NCBI GenBank assembly: GCA_004431415.1
Contig: QPMI01000310.1
Span: 1-43,428, forward strand
Source: Cyanophora paradoxa CCMP329
Lineage: Eukaryota > Plantae > Glaucophyta
Direction of reading: 5' to 3'
Length of the DNA stretch: 43,428 nucleotides
Below the pieces are notes generated by a model. The model was given only the letters and a program-made list of their open reading frames with translations, made no database searches and had not been told where the DNA came from. Positions within the stretch are counted from its first letter, which is position 1, and each line of letters begins with the position of its first letter. The position numbers were made by a program, and so were the translations under genes. Below, piece after piece: positions 12,065 to 24,593 of the stretch.

Positions 12065-12523
12065 GCCCCGCCTCCGCCCTCCCCGAGTCGCTTCTCCCCC
12101 GCCCGCCTGCAGATCGATCCACTGCGAATCTCTTGCGCGGCCATCAGATCTATAGCTAGGGCCAGCCTTCTGAATCTCTACGAGAGCCGTGTATAGGGGC
12201 GCTTTCTTTGTTATGCATGTCGGCTGTAGATCTAGCTATGGATTGCGTATGCATTGCATGACGTTCTCAGGCCTTTCAAGTTTAGTTTTGATTAGATTGA
12301 TCGTGTGATACTATGTGTGAACTATTTATACTGCAGCTGCATGTAGCTTCCTGATCTGGTCCCTAATCCTTGTTCATGCGGCGAGCCTGAACGCTAACAT
12401 GTGCAGAGAACCTAAGCACCATCCTGGCATCACAATTACCCTTTCCCTTCTACCGAACGCCAAGGGAGCGCGCGAGCGCGAAACGAAACGGGCGGGAGGC
12501 GGCGGGGGAGCCTCGCGGGGGCC

Positions 12524-15500
12524 TCAGCTGTTGAGGAGCTTAAAGAGGCGCCGCTCCATCGCCTCCTCCTTCTTGCGCGGCGGCCGCGCCGCCGCCGCCG
12601 CCCCCGCCGGGGCGGCGCCGGCGCCTCCCCCGCCGGCAGCAGCTGCAGGCCGCCGGCGTTGAGGGCCGCAGCGGCCGCCGAGTCGGGGCGGGGCGGGCGG
12701 GGCGGGGCGGGGAGGGCGTCGGGGTCGGGGCCGTCGTCGGGGGGGCGGGAGGAGCCGGCGGAGCCGAGGCGGCCCCTGCGTACGCGGGCGAGGCGGGCCT
12801 CTAGCTTCCGCTCGAGCTCCCACTGCTCGGGGGAGAGGAGGGCGAAGATCTGGATGGCGTTCCGCGACGTCTGGTTCTCGTCGAACATCATCGCCTCCAC
12901 CTCCGCCGCCTGCCCCCCGTGAGCCCTCGAGGCGGGCGGGGGCAGCGGGCGGGCGGGGCGGACGCGGGCGAGCTCGGCCTGGCGCTGCTTCTCCTGGAGG
13001 CGCCGGGCGGCCTCCGCGGGGCCGTCGGCCGCGAGCAGCCGCCGCCGCTCCTGCCGCCTCCGCTCCTCCTCGCCCGCCTCCGCCTCCCCGGCCGCCGCCC
13101 CGCTCCGCCTGCCGCCCCCGTGAGGCCCCGGCGAGGGGGCGCGAGCCCGGCAGGCGCGCACGCGGAGGAGCCGCCGAGGCGCTGCGAGGAGGGGCCGAGA
13201 GGGGCGACGGGTCGCGGGCGGCGTCGCGGGGCGAGGAGCGGGCCGAGGCGGGGGCCGAGCGGGCGCCGCCGGCGGGGCCGCCAGGTTCGAGCCGCTCGCC
13301 GGGGCGACCCGGGGGCGGATGGCGCCTTCGCCGGCCCGGGCCCCGCCCCCGCGCCCTCCCCCGCCTCGCCCGCGGCGTCGTCGCGCTCTCCGATGCCCCC
13401 TGCCCCGCCCCGCCGCGCGCGCCGGCTGCGGGGAAGCGTCAACGGCAGCTGGCCGCGGGGAGCTGGGCGGGCGGGGCGGGGCGGGGCGCACGGGTCGGCG
13501 GGGCGCGGCTGCAGGACCTCCAGAGGCACCTCGGTCTTGAAGACGGGCGACTTGGCCCGCGGCGGCGGCGCCGGGGCGAGAGGGCGCGCCCCGCCGCCGC
13601 CCTCCGCCCCGCCGCCCTCTCCCCACCGTGCACCGTCCTCGGCCGCGCCGCCCGCGCCGCCGCCGGCGGGTCCGCGGCCGCCGGCGGGGCCGCCGCGGGG
13701 CCTGTGGCCTTGGGGGAGCCGGGCGGGCTTGGGGGCGGGGGCGCGGAGCCGACGCGGGGCGGGCGGGCCGGGGCGGGGGTCTCCTGGACGGGGACCGGCG
13801 GCTTCGCCGGCCGCGAGGCGGGCCGCGGGTTCCAGGCGCGGCCTGCCGGCAGCGCCTCGCGTCAGGCGGGCGAGGGGCCGAAGGAGGGGGCGGGGGCGCG
13901 GACCGCGCATGAGGTCGTCGGCGGTGAGGGCCTTGCGGGGGCGACGGCGACGGCGAGCTCCCGGTACGCCTGCCGCCGCTTCCCCACCGGCATGGCCCCC
14001 AGCTCCTCGGCGCCCGCCGCCGCCGCCGCCAGCGCCGCCGCCGCCGACGCCGAGCGCGCCCGCCCCTGCGGCGCGATCGCCGGCAGCCGCTCCTTGCGGC
14101 CCCTGCGGGCGCGCGGCGGTCTGAGCGGGGTGGGAGGGGGCGCGGGGGAGGGCGGGGCGCGCGCCTCCCGCCGAGCTCCTCCTCGCTGGAGCTGCCCTCC
14201 CCGCCCCACGCCGCCCGCGGCGCCCCCGCCCCGCCCCCGCTTCGGGCTCCCCGCCAGCGGCACCCCGCCGCCACCCCGCCACCCGCCGCTGCCCCGACGC
14301 CGCCGCCGCCGCAGCGCGCTGCGCCGGCGAGGGCGGGCTCTCGGGCTCCGCCGCAGGGCCCGGGGCCGGGGCCCGCCGCTCGGCGCTGCGGGAGCGGTGC
14401 GCCCGCTTGGGCCTCTGGGGCGACGCCAGCTCCGCCCGCTCGGAGCCCTCGGGGCCCGCCCCGCGCCCCGCCCCGACCCGCCCAGCGTCGCGGGGCCGTC
14501 GGGCTGCGCCCCATCGGCCCCGCCCGCCCTGCCCGCCGCCGGCGCCGGGGCCGGCCCGGGCTCCTGCGGCGGCGCCGGCTTCTTCTTGCGCCTCCGCTTC
14601 GGCCGCTGCGGCGGGGCGGGCGCGGCGGCGGCGTGCTCCTCGTCCTCGTCACCGGCGAGGCCGCCGCGGGCGAGGAGGAGGCGCGGTCCGGGAGGCCGGG
14701 GCGGCCCGAGCCACTCCCCGTGCTCCCGTCCCACGCCGACCCCCACGGGCCCCCTCCCCCTCCGCCTCCGCCTCCTCCGCCGGCGCCCCTCCGGCCCCGC
14801 CTGCCCGTCCCCCGCCCCTCCGCCGGGGCGGCGAGGGGCCCCCTCGTCGTGGCGGCGCGGCCGGGCCGCCCCGGGCCGGCGAGGTACGCGCGGCGCAGCA
14901 TCTCCGCCCGCTCCTGCAGCTTCTTCGACATGGGCGCCGCCGCCCTCCGCGCCGCCCCCGCCCCGCCTGTGGGTGCGGGTGCGGGTGCGGCCCGCCCGAC
15001 GCCTGCATCGCCATCGCTATGCTGCTGACCGCCGCCGCCGGCGGCGTCGCCGACGGCTGCAGCGCCGCGCCGAAGAGCGGACCGACCGTGCCCGGCCGCG
15101 CCGCCGGCCACGCCACGCCCGAAGCTGGCCCGTGCCTCGTCCCCGGCTGCGGTCGCTGCTGATGCTGCTGCTGATGCTGATGCTGCTGCGGGGGCTGCGC
15201 GCGCGAAGTCCCGTGATCCCCCCCTGCTTCATCGTCCTTGTACTCTTCTTCTTCCTCCTCAGTCTCGTCCTGCCACTCGCCGCTCTCCTCGGCGCTCTCC
15301 TCCCAGGCGCCGAGGGAGCCGGGCTGCGCGGCGACCGCTTCCCGCCGCTCCTGCGGGGCGGCGATCGCCTCCGGCAGGGCCGCGTCCTGCGAGAGCTGCC
15401 GCTGGAGGTCACGCAGCGCCTCCGCCACCGCCTCGTCCTGCGAGCGCGACACCCGCAGCTGCGGCGCCTTCTGCGAGCGCCTGGCCTCCGAGCCGCGCGC

Positions 15501-15695
15501 CAGCGGCTCGCTGCTGCTGTTCCTGCTCACTCCGGAGGAGTCCTGAGCGTCCTTGAGGTGCGGCAGCGAGCCGGAGAGGCTCTGGCTGAGGCTCACGGCG
15601 CTGCGGCTCGACGGCGCTGGGGACCTGCTGAACAGCCAGTCGTCAAAGGCACGGCCCAGCGCCGCCTCGCTGAGGTCGACTGAGCTATTGGCCAT
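12524..15695 (-). CDS. Hypothetical low-complexity protein with a short C-terminal coiled coil
   Basis: Coding-like start MANSSVDLSEAALGRAFDDWLFSRS. Later segments are RRLQEKQRQAELAR|AAEVEAMMFDENQTSRNAIQIFALLSPEQWELERKLEARL and a terminal KKEEAMERRLFKLLNS*. Several frame breaks. No domain recognised. Confidence 0.6.
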
Positions 15696-16034
15696 GCTTC
15701 TTTGCCGCGCACAGCTCGTTGTGCCAAAACGGCCGACAGCGCGCTATTCCTAGGGTGCCGCGCTGCTCAGCCGATCCGGTTCGTAGCTCAGGTTTCTTAG
15801 CTAAATGCGAAGAGAGGCATGCACGGCCTTCAAAAAGGGCCTGGGAGGCCGCCTTGCAAAAAACAGAGAAGAGCCGTACCCCGCTGAAGATTGCGTACCC
15901 GGTGGGTACAAACGGTGCAGTCGTCTGGCGAGTCGCCGGCCCTCGGTCTGAGACATTCCTAAGGACCAGTAGAACACAACGACCGTCTGGTAGCCGCAGG
16001 CCGGCCACAGCGCACGCGCCGTCGCTAGAACACC
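15696..16034. promoter_or_regulatory. Putative bidirectional promoter of the two hypothetical genes
   Basis: 339 nt between divergent ATGs. GTACCC at 15876 and an inverted pair GTACCC-GGT-GGGTAC at 15895-15909. Confidence 0.55.
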
Positions 16035-18600
16035 ATGTTCTCGCGGGCGCCCACCCTGCGGGATCCGGACGCGGATAGAGGCGCCACGAGGATCCCGGCC
16101 CCGGTAGCGAGGAAGTCCGTGCACTTTACAGGCAGCGAACGCTCGGACAAGCCCAAATCCCGCAGCGCCTCCCGCAGCAACAGCAACAGCCCCCCCTCGA
16201 AGTCAGCGCCCACGAGTGCCAACCAGAGCGCCTCGAATTCGCCTCCCTCGAGGCCGCAGACCGCCGCCGCGCCCAAATCCGTCAGCCCTCCGACGCGGAC
16301 GCCGCCGTCGGCTTTCTCGCGCCACTCGGTGGGAAGCGTGCCGCACGTCGTGCCCGCCGTCGTGCACACGAAGGAAGTCCAGACGAAGAAGGCCCTCGAG
16401 GTGCGCCCTTAGCTACGATTTCGCGGCGAGCTGGCGCCCCCCGACGCCTCCGCAGGCGGAGGTGAAGCGGCTTCAGGATGTCCTCGACCAGTTCAAAGGT
16501 CCGAGGGCGCTTCGCGCCAGGGCTGTGCGCGCCGCCGACGCGCGGGCGCAGAGAAGAACGAGAAGCTGCAGGAGTCGCACCAGATCCTGGCGCAGACGCT
16601 GGACCTGACGAGGACGCAGATCCAGCTGAACCTTGTGCAGGCGCGCGGCCAAATGCAGCAGCTCGCCCTCGCCCAGGGCGAGTCCCTCCCCGCGTTCCCC
16701 CACCCCCTCCACCAGCCAGGCGAGCGCGCGCGCTGCCCAGTGCGCCCCGTCAGCCCCGCCCCCTCTGACGCCCCTCGTCGCCTCGCAGTGGCGGTGCGGC
16801 CGATGACGGCGCCGGCGGCGCGGGCGCGGGCGGCGGTCGGGGCGGAGCAGGGCGAGATGGAGCGGAACCTGTCGTTCCAGGGGAAGCTGCAGCGGCTGCG
16901 GCAGAGGCTCTCGCAGTCCAACCAGCAGCTCGAGGCGAACCTCAACTTCGCCCGCTCCATCGCCGGCAACTTCCGCCTGACCGCCTCCGGCGCCGCCGCG
17001 ATGGCCGCCACCGGCGCCGCCGCCGACCGCAGCCCGCCCCCGCAGCCGGCCGCCCCGCCCCCGGCTCCCGCATCCCCTCCCGGGCCCGGCACGACTGCCG
17101 CCGCCGCCGCCGCCGCCCCACCGCGCACGCCCCTCCCGCTCCAGCCGCCCCCGCGGCTCCCTCCGGGTCTCCGGTGGCGGAGGGGGCGGAGCGGGGCGAG
17201 AGCCCGCCGCCCATGCACGATGGGCCGGAGACGGGGCGGGGGCCAGGGCCGGGACTCGGCCTCTCGCCCTCGGCGCCGCGGCGCATCGTGGAGATCGCCA
17301 ACAATGCGGCGTCCATCTTGCGGGCCATGCCGCACACCGCCGCCGCCCTCGCCGCCCGCCTCCCCGTCGCCACCGTCGCCGCCTCCATCGGCAAGCCCGC
17401 CGACGCACCTTCCGCTCCCGCCCCTGCCCCCGTCTCCCGCATCCCCGTCCGCCGCCCCGAGGCGCCCCGCTCCCCTCCCCAGCCCGCACCGGCCCAGGCG
17501 GCGCCCCGGCGGCCGCCGCGCCGGCGCCGGCCCCTTCGCCGCCTGCGCCGGGCCGGGCCCGCTGGAGGAGCCGGAGAGTAGCGAGATGGAGGGCTGGGGG
17601 AGAGCAGCGGCGGCGAGGCGCGCGGCTACGAGGCCGGTGCCGAGGCGGACGAGACGGCGCCGAGCGGGGCGACGGCCCCGACGCCGACGCCGCCGACGAC
17701 GAGCGCGGCAGCGAGGGCGGCGACCGCAGCCTCTCCCCGCCCCGCCGCCCCTCCGCCTCCCCGCCGTCTCCCGAAGCCCTCGCCGAAGCCCTCGCCCCGC
17801 CTCGTCAAGGGCGGCCCCGCCGCCGCGTGCGCAGCGGCCCCCGCCCGCCCCGCGCCCCCGCTGCCCCTCACCCGCCCGCACGCAGGGCGAAGGGCGCCGG
17901 GCGCGGCAAGCCGGCGGGCGCCCCGCGACCGCCTCGAAGGCCGCCGCCGGTGCGCGCGCGCCGTCGCCCCCTGTGCCCGCCGCGCCGGCCGACGCCGCGG
18001 GCGGGCGGGCGCGCAGGCAAGTCGATGCTGCCGCGGCCATCGAGCGCGGCCGGCGGGGCGCGCTCGGCGCCCGTGAGCCCCAACACGAGCGTGAACAAGA
18101 GGCCCTGGGCCCCTGCAGGGGCGCCCGCCCCGCGGCGGCCGCCCCGTCGGGCCCCTCGGGCCCGCCCCGCCGCCCAAGCCGGCCGTCCCCAAGGCGCGCG
18201 CCTCGGCCTCCTCGATCCCGACGCGGCGCGCCTCCGCCGGCCCCGCCGGGTCCGCCTCCGCCGCCGGGCGCGGCTCGTCGGGCATCCCGCGGCCCTCGAG
18301 CGCCGCCGCCCGGCCGGCCACCGCGGGGCGCCGGCCCCGGGGCCAAGAAGGGCGGGCCGCCGGCCTCGCTGCTGCGGCCGACGGCGGCCTCGAAGGCGAA
18401 GGCGGCCGGCGGGGCCGGCGCGGCGCGCAAGCAGGGCGGGCGGCGGGGGCCCCGCGCCGCGGGCGGCGTCGCCGACGGACGAGGGCCCGGCGCCCCTCGA
18501 GGCCGCCCCGAGGCCGGCTTCGTCGACTCGGCAGAGTCCCCGGCGCCCTCCTCCCCGGGCGGCCCGCCCCTACTCCCCGCCCGTCCCGCCGTCGCCGCCC

Positions 18601-18634
<34 letters not shown>

Positions 18635-19847
18635 GGGCGGGCACGGGCCGACGCGGCTCTCGTACCCGTCGGACACGGACAGCGGCGGGGAGGAGGACGA
18701 GCTGCTCGCCCGCACGCGGAACCTCCTCTCGGGGGCCCCGCAGCCGCCGCGGCCGCCGCGGGCTCTGCGGGGCGGCCGGGGCGCCCCGCGGCGGCGACGA
18801 GCGACTCGGACGCCTCGCCGAGCCCCTCGCGCACCTCCTCCGCCGTCATCCGCTCCGCCCTCGGCCCTGCCCCGCCCCCGCCCCGCCGCGAAGCCGGCTC
18901 CGGCGGGGCCGGCGGGGCGCGGGGGCGGGGCGGCGCGGGCGATGGACGAGCTGGCGGCGCTGCTCTCGGACGGCCCGGGCTCGCCGGCCTCCTCCTCCAA
19001 CTCCCCGCCGCCTCCCCCGCCGCCGCCGCCGCCCGCCGCGCGACCGCGACGCCCTCGCCTCGCCGCCCGCGCGCGGCCAGCCGCCCCGCGCGGGGCTCGC
19101 CTCCCTCGGGGCGGCCCCCTCGGCATCTCCGTGGAGATCGAGGGCGGCAGCGAGGGGAGGGGGAGGGGAGGCGGGGCGGGGCGGTGCGGGGGCGGGCGGG
19201 GCCTGGGGGTGCGGGACGCGATGAGCGCCCTCTTCTCCGACGACGACCGGGACGCCCCTCGCCCTTCGAGGCCGCCGCCTCCCCGTCCCGCTCCCGCACC
19301 CCACACCCGCCCCGCCCCGCCCCGACTCCTCCCCGTCCCCTTCTCCGCCGCCCCGACCCCGCCCGCCCGGTCCCAGCCCCAGCCCCAGCCCCAGCCCCAG
19401 CCCAGCCCCTGCCGCTCCTCTCGCTCCCCCGCCCCAGTTCCCGCTACGATGCCAGCCGCGGCGCCGGCGGCGGGCCCCTGCGGCGCCGGCGCGGACCTCC
19501 GCCCCGCCGGCAGACGAGTCGTTCGACGCGGGGGACAGCGACGGCGAGGGGGAGGCCCCGGGGGTGACGAGTTCGACTTCGACCTGCCCCGGCCCCGGGC
19601 CCCCGCCCCTCGCCCTCGCCCCGCCCGCCCCCTCGCCGACCCGACCCCAGCGCCGGCCCAGCGCCGGCCCCAGCGCCGGCCCCGCCCCGGCCCGGCCCCG
19701 CCCCGGCCCCGCCCGGCCCCGGCCCCGGCCCCGGCCCCGGCGCCAGCGCCGGCAAAGCCCGGGGCCGTCGTGGGGAGCCTGAACTACGTCGAGTCGGACG
19801 AGGACGAGGACGAGGAGGACGACGACGCGGAGCTCGACCTCCCTTAG
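16035..19847 (+). CDS. Hypothetical coiled-coil, Pro/Ala-rich protein with an acidic C-terminus
   Basis: ATG at 16035. Spliced coiled coil KKALE|AEVKRLQDVLDQFK|EKNEKLQESHQILAQTL, then GKLQRLRQRLSQSNQQLEANL. Ends NYVESDEDEDEEDDDAELDLP*. Internal frame breaks. Confidence 0.65.
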
Positions 19848-20102
19848 CCCCACCCTCCCTCCGTCTCCTTTGCTGCAGCGTAATGCATGCAACGAGCACT
19901 GCTGCAGCCAACGCCCGTGACAGCCCGCCGGCCGCACCAAACAGATAGTACGGCGGGCCGATCCACCCATCGCTATCGGTTTGCGGGCGGGGGGTAATAC
20001 GTATACTGCGCTGCACGCCGTCGTCGGCGTCGGCGCTGGACCGCCCTCAAAAGGCTCGGAAGCGTGGCGGGCTTGGATGCCGACCCCGCGCCTTCCGGAT
20101 CG

Positions 20103-22062
20103 CTACGCGCCCATAGCCGACCAGGGGCCGGCGTCGGGGTCGGGCGGGGCGTGCGGGGCCGCGGCGGCCTCCTCCGCCTCCTGCGACGGCGGGCCCGGGG
20201 CCGGGCGGGGCCCCTCGAGGATCTGGAGCGCGGGCCGGCCGCCGCCGCCGCCGCCGGGGGGCGCGACTTCGAAGTGGTGCGTGGCGTGCTCGAGGTTGCC
20301 GTCCTCCAGGCAGGCCCCGCACAGCGCCGCCTCCCGCTCCGCCTCCGCCTGCCCGGCGCCCACGAGTCAAGGGCGGGGCTCCAGGGCGGCAGGTGGCCGG
20401 ATCCGGGGCCGGGGCCCACCCACTCCGCCGCGCTCGGCTGCTGTCCGCCCGACGGAAGCGCCGAGGGCGGGGCAAGGCTCGCCGGGGGGCTCTGCGCGGG
20501 CACAAAGTCGAGAGGGGCCCAGGGCGGGTGTGGGGGAGGGGGGCAGGGGAGAGGAGGGGGCGTACGGTGCGGACCTGGCGGAGGGCGAGGACGGCGTCGG
20601 TGGAGTCGACGAGGGGTACCCCCCGTGCCAACGCCGCGTGCAGCATCCAGCTGCCTGCGGGTGGGGCGGGGGGGGAATGTGAGCGTGGAAGTGTAGGCAA
20701 GAGGCGGGCGCGGGGCGGAACGAGAGCGGGGGCGGCCGAGGGCGAGAGGGGGTACGGCCTCCGGGTCGAATGCGTCCCTGGTGAACGCCAGGTACCCCTG
20801 AGCCCACCTGCGGGAGGAGGAGGGCAATTGAAGGAACAGGGCTCAGATACAGAACCAAAGGTCGGACAGGGGGAGCGGGCTGGCGGGCGAGCGGACCGGC
20901 CGGCGAGCTCTGCGGCCCCTCCCGGCACCCGGGCCCCCGCCACCTCCTCTTGGAGGCGCGCCTCCCAGCAGGCGTCCGTGAAGTTCACCTGAGCACGCCG
21001 CCTCGGGCGGGGAAGTCGTGAAGAGGGAGGGGGCGCGCGCCTTGATGCGGGGCCCGTCGGGCGGGGCCCCCGGCGCGCCGGGCCAGGGCGCGGCCAGGTC
21101 GGTGCGCTGCCCGGCCAGGAGGAAGGAGGGGAAGAGATCCGAGGCCACCCGCAGAGCCTCCAAAAAGTCGCTCAGTAGAAGAACGTCGGCATCGACCAGC
21201 CTGCGCGGCGCGGCGCGCGTGCGCGCTGCAGAGCGGAACGGCGGCGCGGAGGGCGGCCCACGGGCGGCGGCGGCGGGGCGGGTAGGCGCACGCGAAGACG
21301 CGCGCCTCAGGCGGCGCCGCGCGGTACGCGAGCTGCAGCACGGACGAGAGCAACGGCGAGCCGTCCGCGCCCTTCTCCACGGGCTCGGCACGCGCGACCT
21401 GCGCATGCCGCGGCGAAGCACGGCACATCACGCTCGCCCGAGAAGCGGGGGCGAGCGGCGCGCACCACGCCGGGGAGCCGCGCGACGTCCTGCAGGCCCT
21501 CCTCCTGCCCCGCGCCGAGCAGGAGCACGAGCGGGCGCGGCCGCAGCTCCGTCCAGGACTGCATCGCCATCCGCTGGATCAGGGACAAGCCCCCGCCGCT
21601 TGCTGCTGCAGCCATGAGCCTCCTCTCCATCTCTGTCTCTGGCGCGAGCTGCGGCCCGGCCGCATCGGTGCGCGCTTTGGCTGCGCATGCGAGTCAGCTG
21701 CAGGGGGCCGAGCGGCGCAGCGAGGAGACGAGCGTATGGAAATGATGACAGTAGTCGAATCTAGAGCGACGCTCTCCAACCCGCGGCCCGTGTCGCGAGG
21801 CTGCAAAGAAGATCAAATGTGGGCTTTTGCGCGGTAGGCGGCGTACGTGCAATCCCGCCGCGTCCGAATCTGGCCTCGTCCCACCTCGCAGCCGGGAGCT
21901 CGCGCGGAACACGCCGAGAAGCCCTAGGAGCACAAGAAGCGCGAAGATGAGGAAGCGCGAGCTCAGCACGCGGCGGCGCGGCGACGCTCGCCGGCGGAGG
22001 GCAGTGAGCATGCCCAAACGCATGCTCACTGCCCGTTGGCCTTCGAGCAACGGCCTTCCCAT
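20103..22062 (-). CDS. Type II membrane GT-A-like glycosyltransferase resembling the RAY1 N-terminal domain and uncharacterised bacterial GTs
   Basis: N-terminal TM FLIFALLVLLGLLGVF. Motifs HLIFFAASR, IQRMAMQSWTELRPRPLVLLLG, GSPLLSSVL, LVDADVLLLSDFLEAL (DxD), FLLAGQRTD, YLAFTRDAF and WMLHAALARGVPLVDSTDAVLALRQ. Family assignment is from recalled motif similarity. Confidence 0.7.
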
Positions 22063-22263
22063 CTCTTCGAATTCACCTCTTTGACTCCCTACCCCTGTTC
22101 CTACACAACGAGCCCGCCAGTGCCTCGCTGGTGCCGCTTGCAATCTCGGGGGATTGAATGCTCAGATAGGCCCGGCTAGGGAAACGGAGCCCTGACGAGA
22201 AGGCGAAGGGAGGGGAACTGCGGGCTAACGGGGCTAACGGGGCGAGGGACTGTGCGCCATCTG

Positions 22264-24263
22264 TTACTGCTGCTTGCACTCGGGCTGCTGGCCCGCAGGC
22301 GCGCCCGGCGCGCCACGGCCAGCGGGGCCCTTCGGCGCCGCGCCGCCACGGCCGCCCCGGCCGCCCTATACCAGACGTCGCGTCAGATCCAGGGCGCGCG
22401 GGAGCCTGTCGATGGGCGGAAGGCGGACCCGCTTGGGGGGCGAGTCGTCCTCGTCCTCGTCCTCGTCATCCTCGTCCTCGTCGCCGTCCTCATCGTCCTC
22501 GTCGTCCTCGTCCTCCTCGTCGTCGTCCTGCACGGAGGGGAGGCTCGACGGGGGCGTCCCTCGGGGCCGGCGGGCGGGAAGGGGGCACGCACTTCGTAGT
22601 CGTCGGCGGCCTCGCCGGTGAACCACTTGACGGCGTGGGGCACGATCTGGTCCTTGAAGCAGCAGCCCTGGAGAGATCGTGAGCCGCGGACGGCGGGAGG
22701 GGACCGTCTCCCCGTGAGCTCGCTCGGGCTGGCGCACCATCTCGTAGTCGGCCTCGACGGTCTCCTGGAGGGCGTGGTGCTCCTCCTCGTCCATCTCCTC
22801 CGTGCTCTCCGGGATCTGGGGCGGCTTGAAGAAGTTGAAGAACGAGTCGCACGGCTCCTCCTTCGTGATCGTCTTTGCCGGCTTCCGCCCTGCGCCCCGG
22901 CGCCCCGCGTCGGGCGGGGGGGGGAGCGAGGGCGGGGCCGGCCCGCCGCGCCGCGCACCCTTGCCGCCGATCTTCTTCTTCATGAGGCGGATCGTGGGGT
23001 TCTTGCCCTGTGCCCACGTGATCTCCGTCCTGCGCGGCGCGGCGCCGTCAGCGCCGGCGCGCGGCGCGAGAGGCGGCGCGAGTGCGCAGAGCGAAGCGGA
23101 CCCCTCGGCCTTGTCGAGCAGCATGTCCTCGTTGTCGTCCATGATGTACTTCTGCGCGGGCGTCAGCCGCGGCGCCGGCGCGGCCGGCCGTGCGGGGGGC
23201 GCCGCCGGGGTGCGCGCCTTCTTGAGGAGCGTCTCCGTGAAGAACGCGTTGGGCGAGAACGTGAAGTCGATCTCGAAGCCCTGCGCGGCGGCCGCGCGTC
23301 AGCGGCGGCGATCGATCGCGGCGGCGGCGGCCATGCTGAACGCGCCTTCTTGCCCTCGAGCGGGCGGCACTCGATGTTGACGAGGTGTTCGAGGATCGGC
23401 AGGTCCTGCGCCGCGGGGCGCCGGTGAGACGGGGCACGAGCGGCCGCTACGCGCTTCTCGCGCAGGACCGCACCTTCTCGGAGACCTGCTCCGCCATGCC
23501 GGGGTGGTTGAGGAGCGCGGTGCGCCAGAAGTCGGGGATGCCCTTCACGTCCTTCTCCTCCTTCTTCTTCTCCTCCTTCTTGCCCTGCGGACGCGACGGC
23601 CGCGCGGAATCGGCGCGGGCCCGCCCGGAGAGCGCCGCGAATCAACGAGCGCACCTCCTCGGAGATCTGGAGCTTCTCAATGTCCTCGAGGGAGGCGCCC
23701 GCCTCCTCGTCCGTGGGCTCAACCGCGCCGCTCACGAAACCCTTGCGCTGCGGACTCGGCGAGTGAGCGCCCGGCAACCACAGCGCGCTGGTAAAACCGA
23801 GACAAACACACCTTGTCGTACAGCGGCTGGTAGAGCTTGGCATACTTGAGCTCGAGCTCCCGCACCTCGCGCTTGAACTCGTTCTCGAGCTTCTGGTGCT
23901 CGCCCTGTGGCCCGGTGTAAACGTTCATTCGAGGCATTCTGGATGGCGAACACGCACGTGCAGCTTCTCGAGGGCCTTCACGCGGCGCTGGACGGGGGCC
24001 GGCAGAGAGCGAACGAACTCCTCGGGGTCTTGGCCCTGCGACGCGGTCGCACACTGTAAGACAATCCGTCGTGTACGCGCAGGCACAGCCCCCACACGGC
24101 GATCGGCTCCCGCGCTCGCCCCAGTGCCATGGCGCACCATGCTGATCTCATGGCCCATCCCCTCGTCGCTGACGTCATCGTCGCTGCGGGCGCCGCCCTC
24201 AATCTCCTCCTCCTCCTCCTCCTCCTCGTGGTGCTTCGCGGGCTTCTTGTTGTCCTTCGGCAT
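22264..24263 (-). CDS. NAP1: Nucleosome assembly protein 1 (histone chaperone), 13 exons
   Basis: LPAPVQRRVKALEKLH, LELKYAKLYQPLYDKRKGFVSG, KGIPDFWRTAL, FTFSPNAFF, TEITW..GKNPT, EPCDSFFNFFKPP, FKDQIVPHAVKWFTGEA, an acidic tail, and a terminal PECKQQ* farnesylation motif (TAA at 22264-22266). Confidence 0.95.
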
Positions 24264-24593
24264 CGTGGGCGAACGGCGAACGAACGAGTGAACTGCAACA
24301 ACGACCGCGTCAGGTTAACCGCCCCGCGCCGCAGCCCGCGCCCCAAATCGCGAACCTGGCCGGCTTCCTGAGCGGGGGTACACTGAGCGTGCCCACGTGC
24401 AGTACCCCTCAGGAAGCAGCTCAGTGCCAGCTCTTTAGCTCAGCTGCGGCTACGGCAAGTCAACGTCTTCGATCCATCGCAGAAGCAATTGCAGCACACG
24501 GCCGCCGAGTGCCAACGCACATCTCGCCGCGTCCTGCAGCTCCGCTGAGCATCATTCTGGGTATCTGAAGGGCGCGTACGGGAGCTCGAAGCT
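24264..24593. promoter_or_regulatory. Putative bidirectional promoter between NAP1 and the KIAA1143-like gene
   Basis: 330 nt between divergent ATGs, containing an imperfect palindrome at 24363-24417. Confidence 0.6.

Noticed and set aside
12436-19306. Very long overlapping and antisense ORFs (for example 891 aa, 937 aa, 659 aa) as overlapping genes
   Set aside because: Stop codons are rare at this GC content, and the products are Arg/Pro/Gly/Ala shadow translations that run through introns.
22440-22530. (TCG/TCC)n microsatellites here and at 40420-40535 as non-coding repeats
   Set aside because: They encode the acidic Asp/Glu tails of NAP1 and the F-box/LRR protein.
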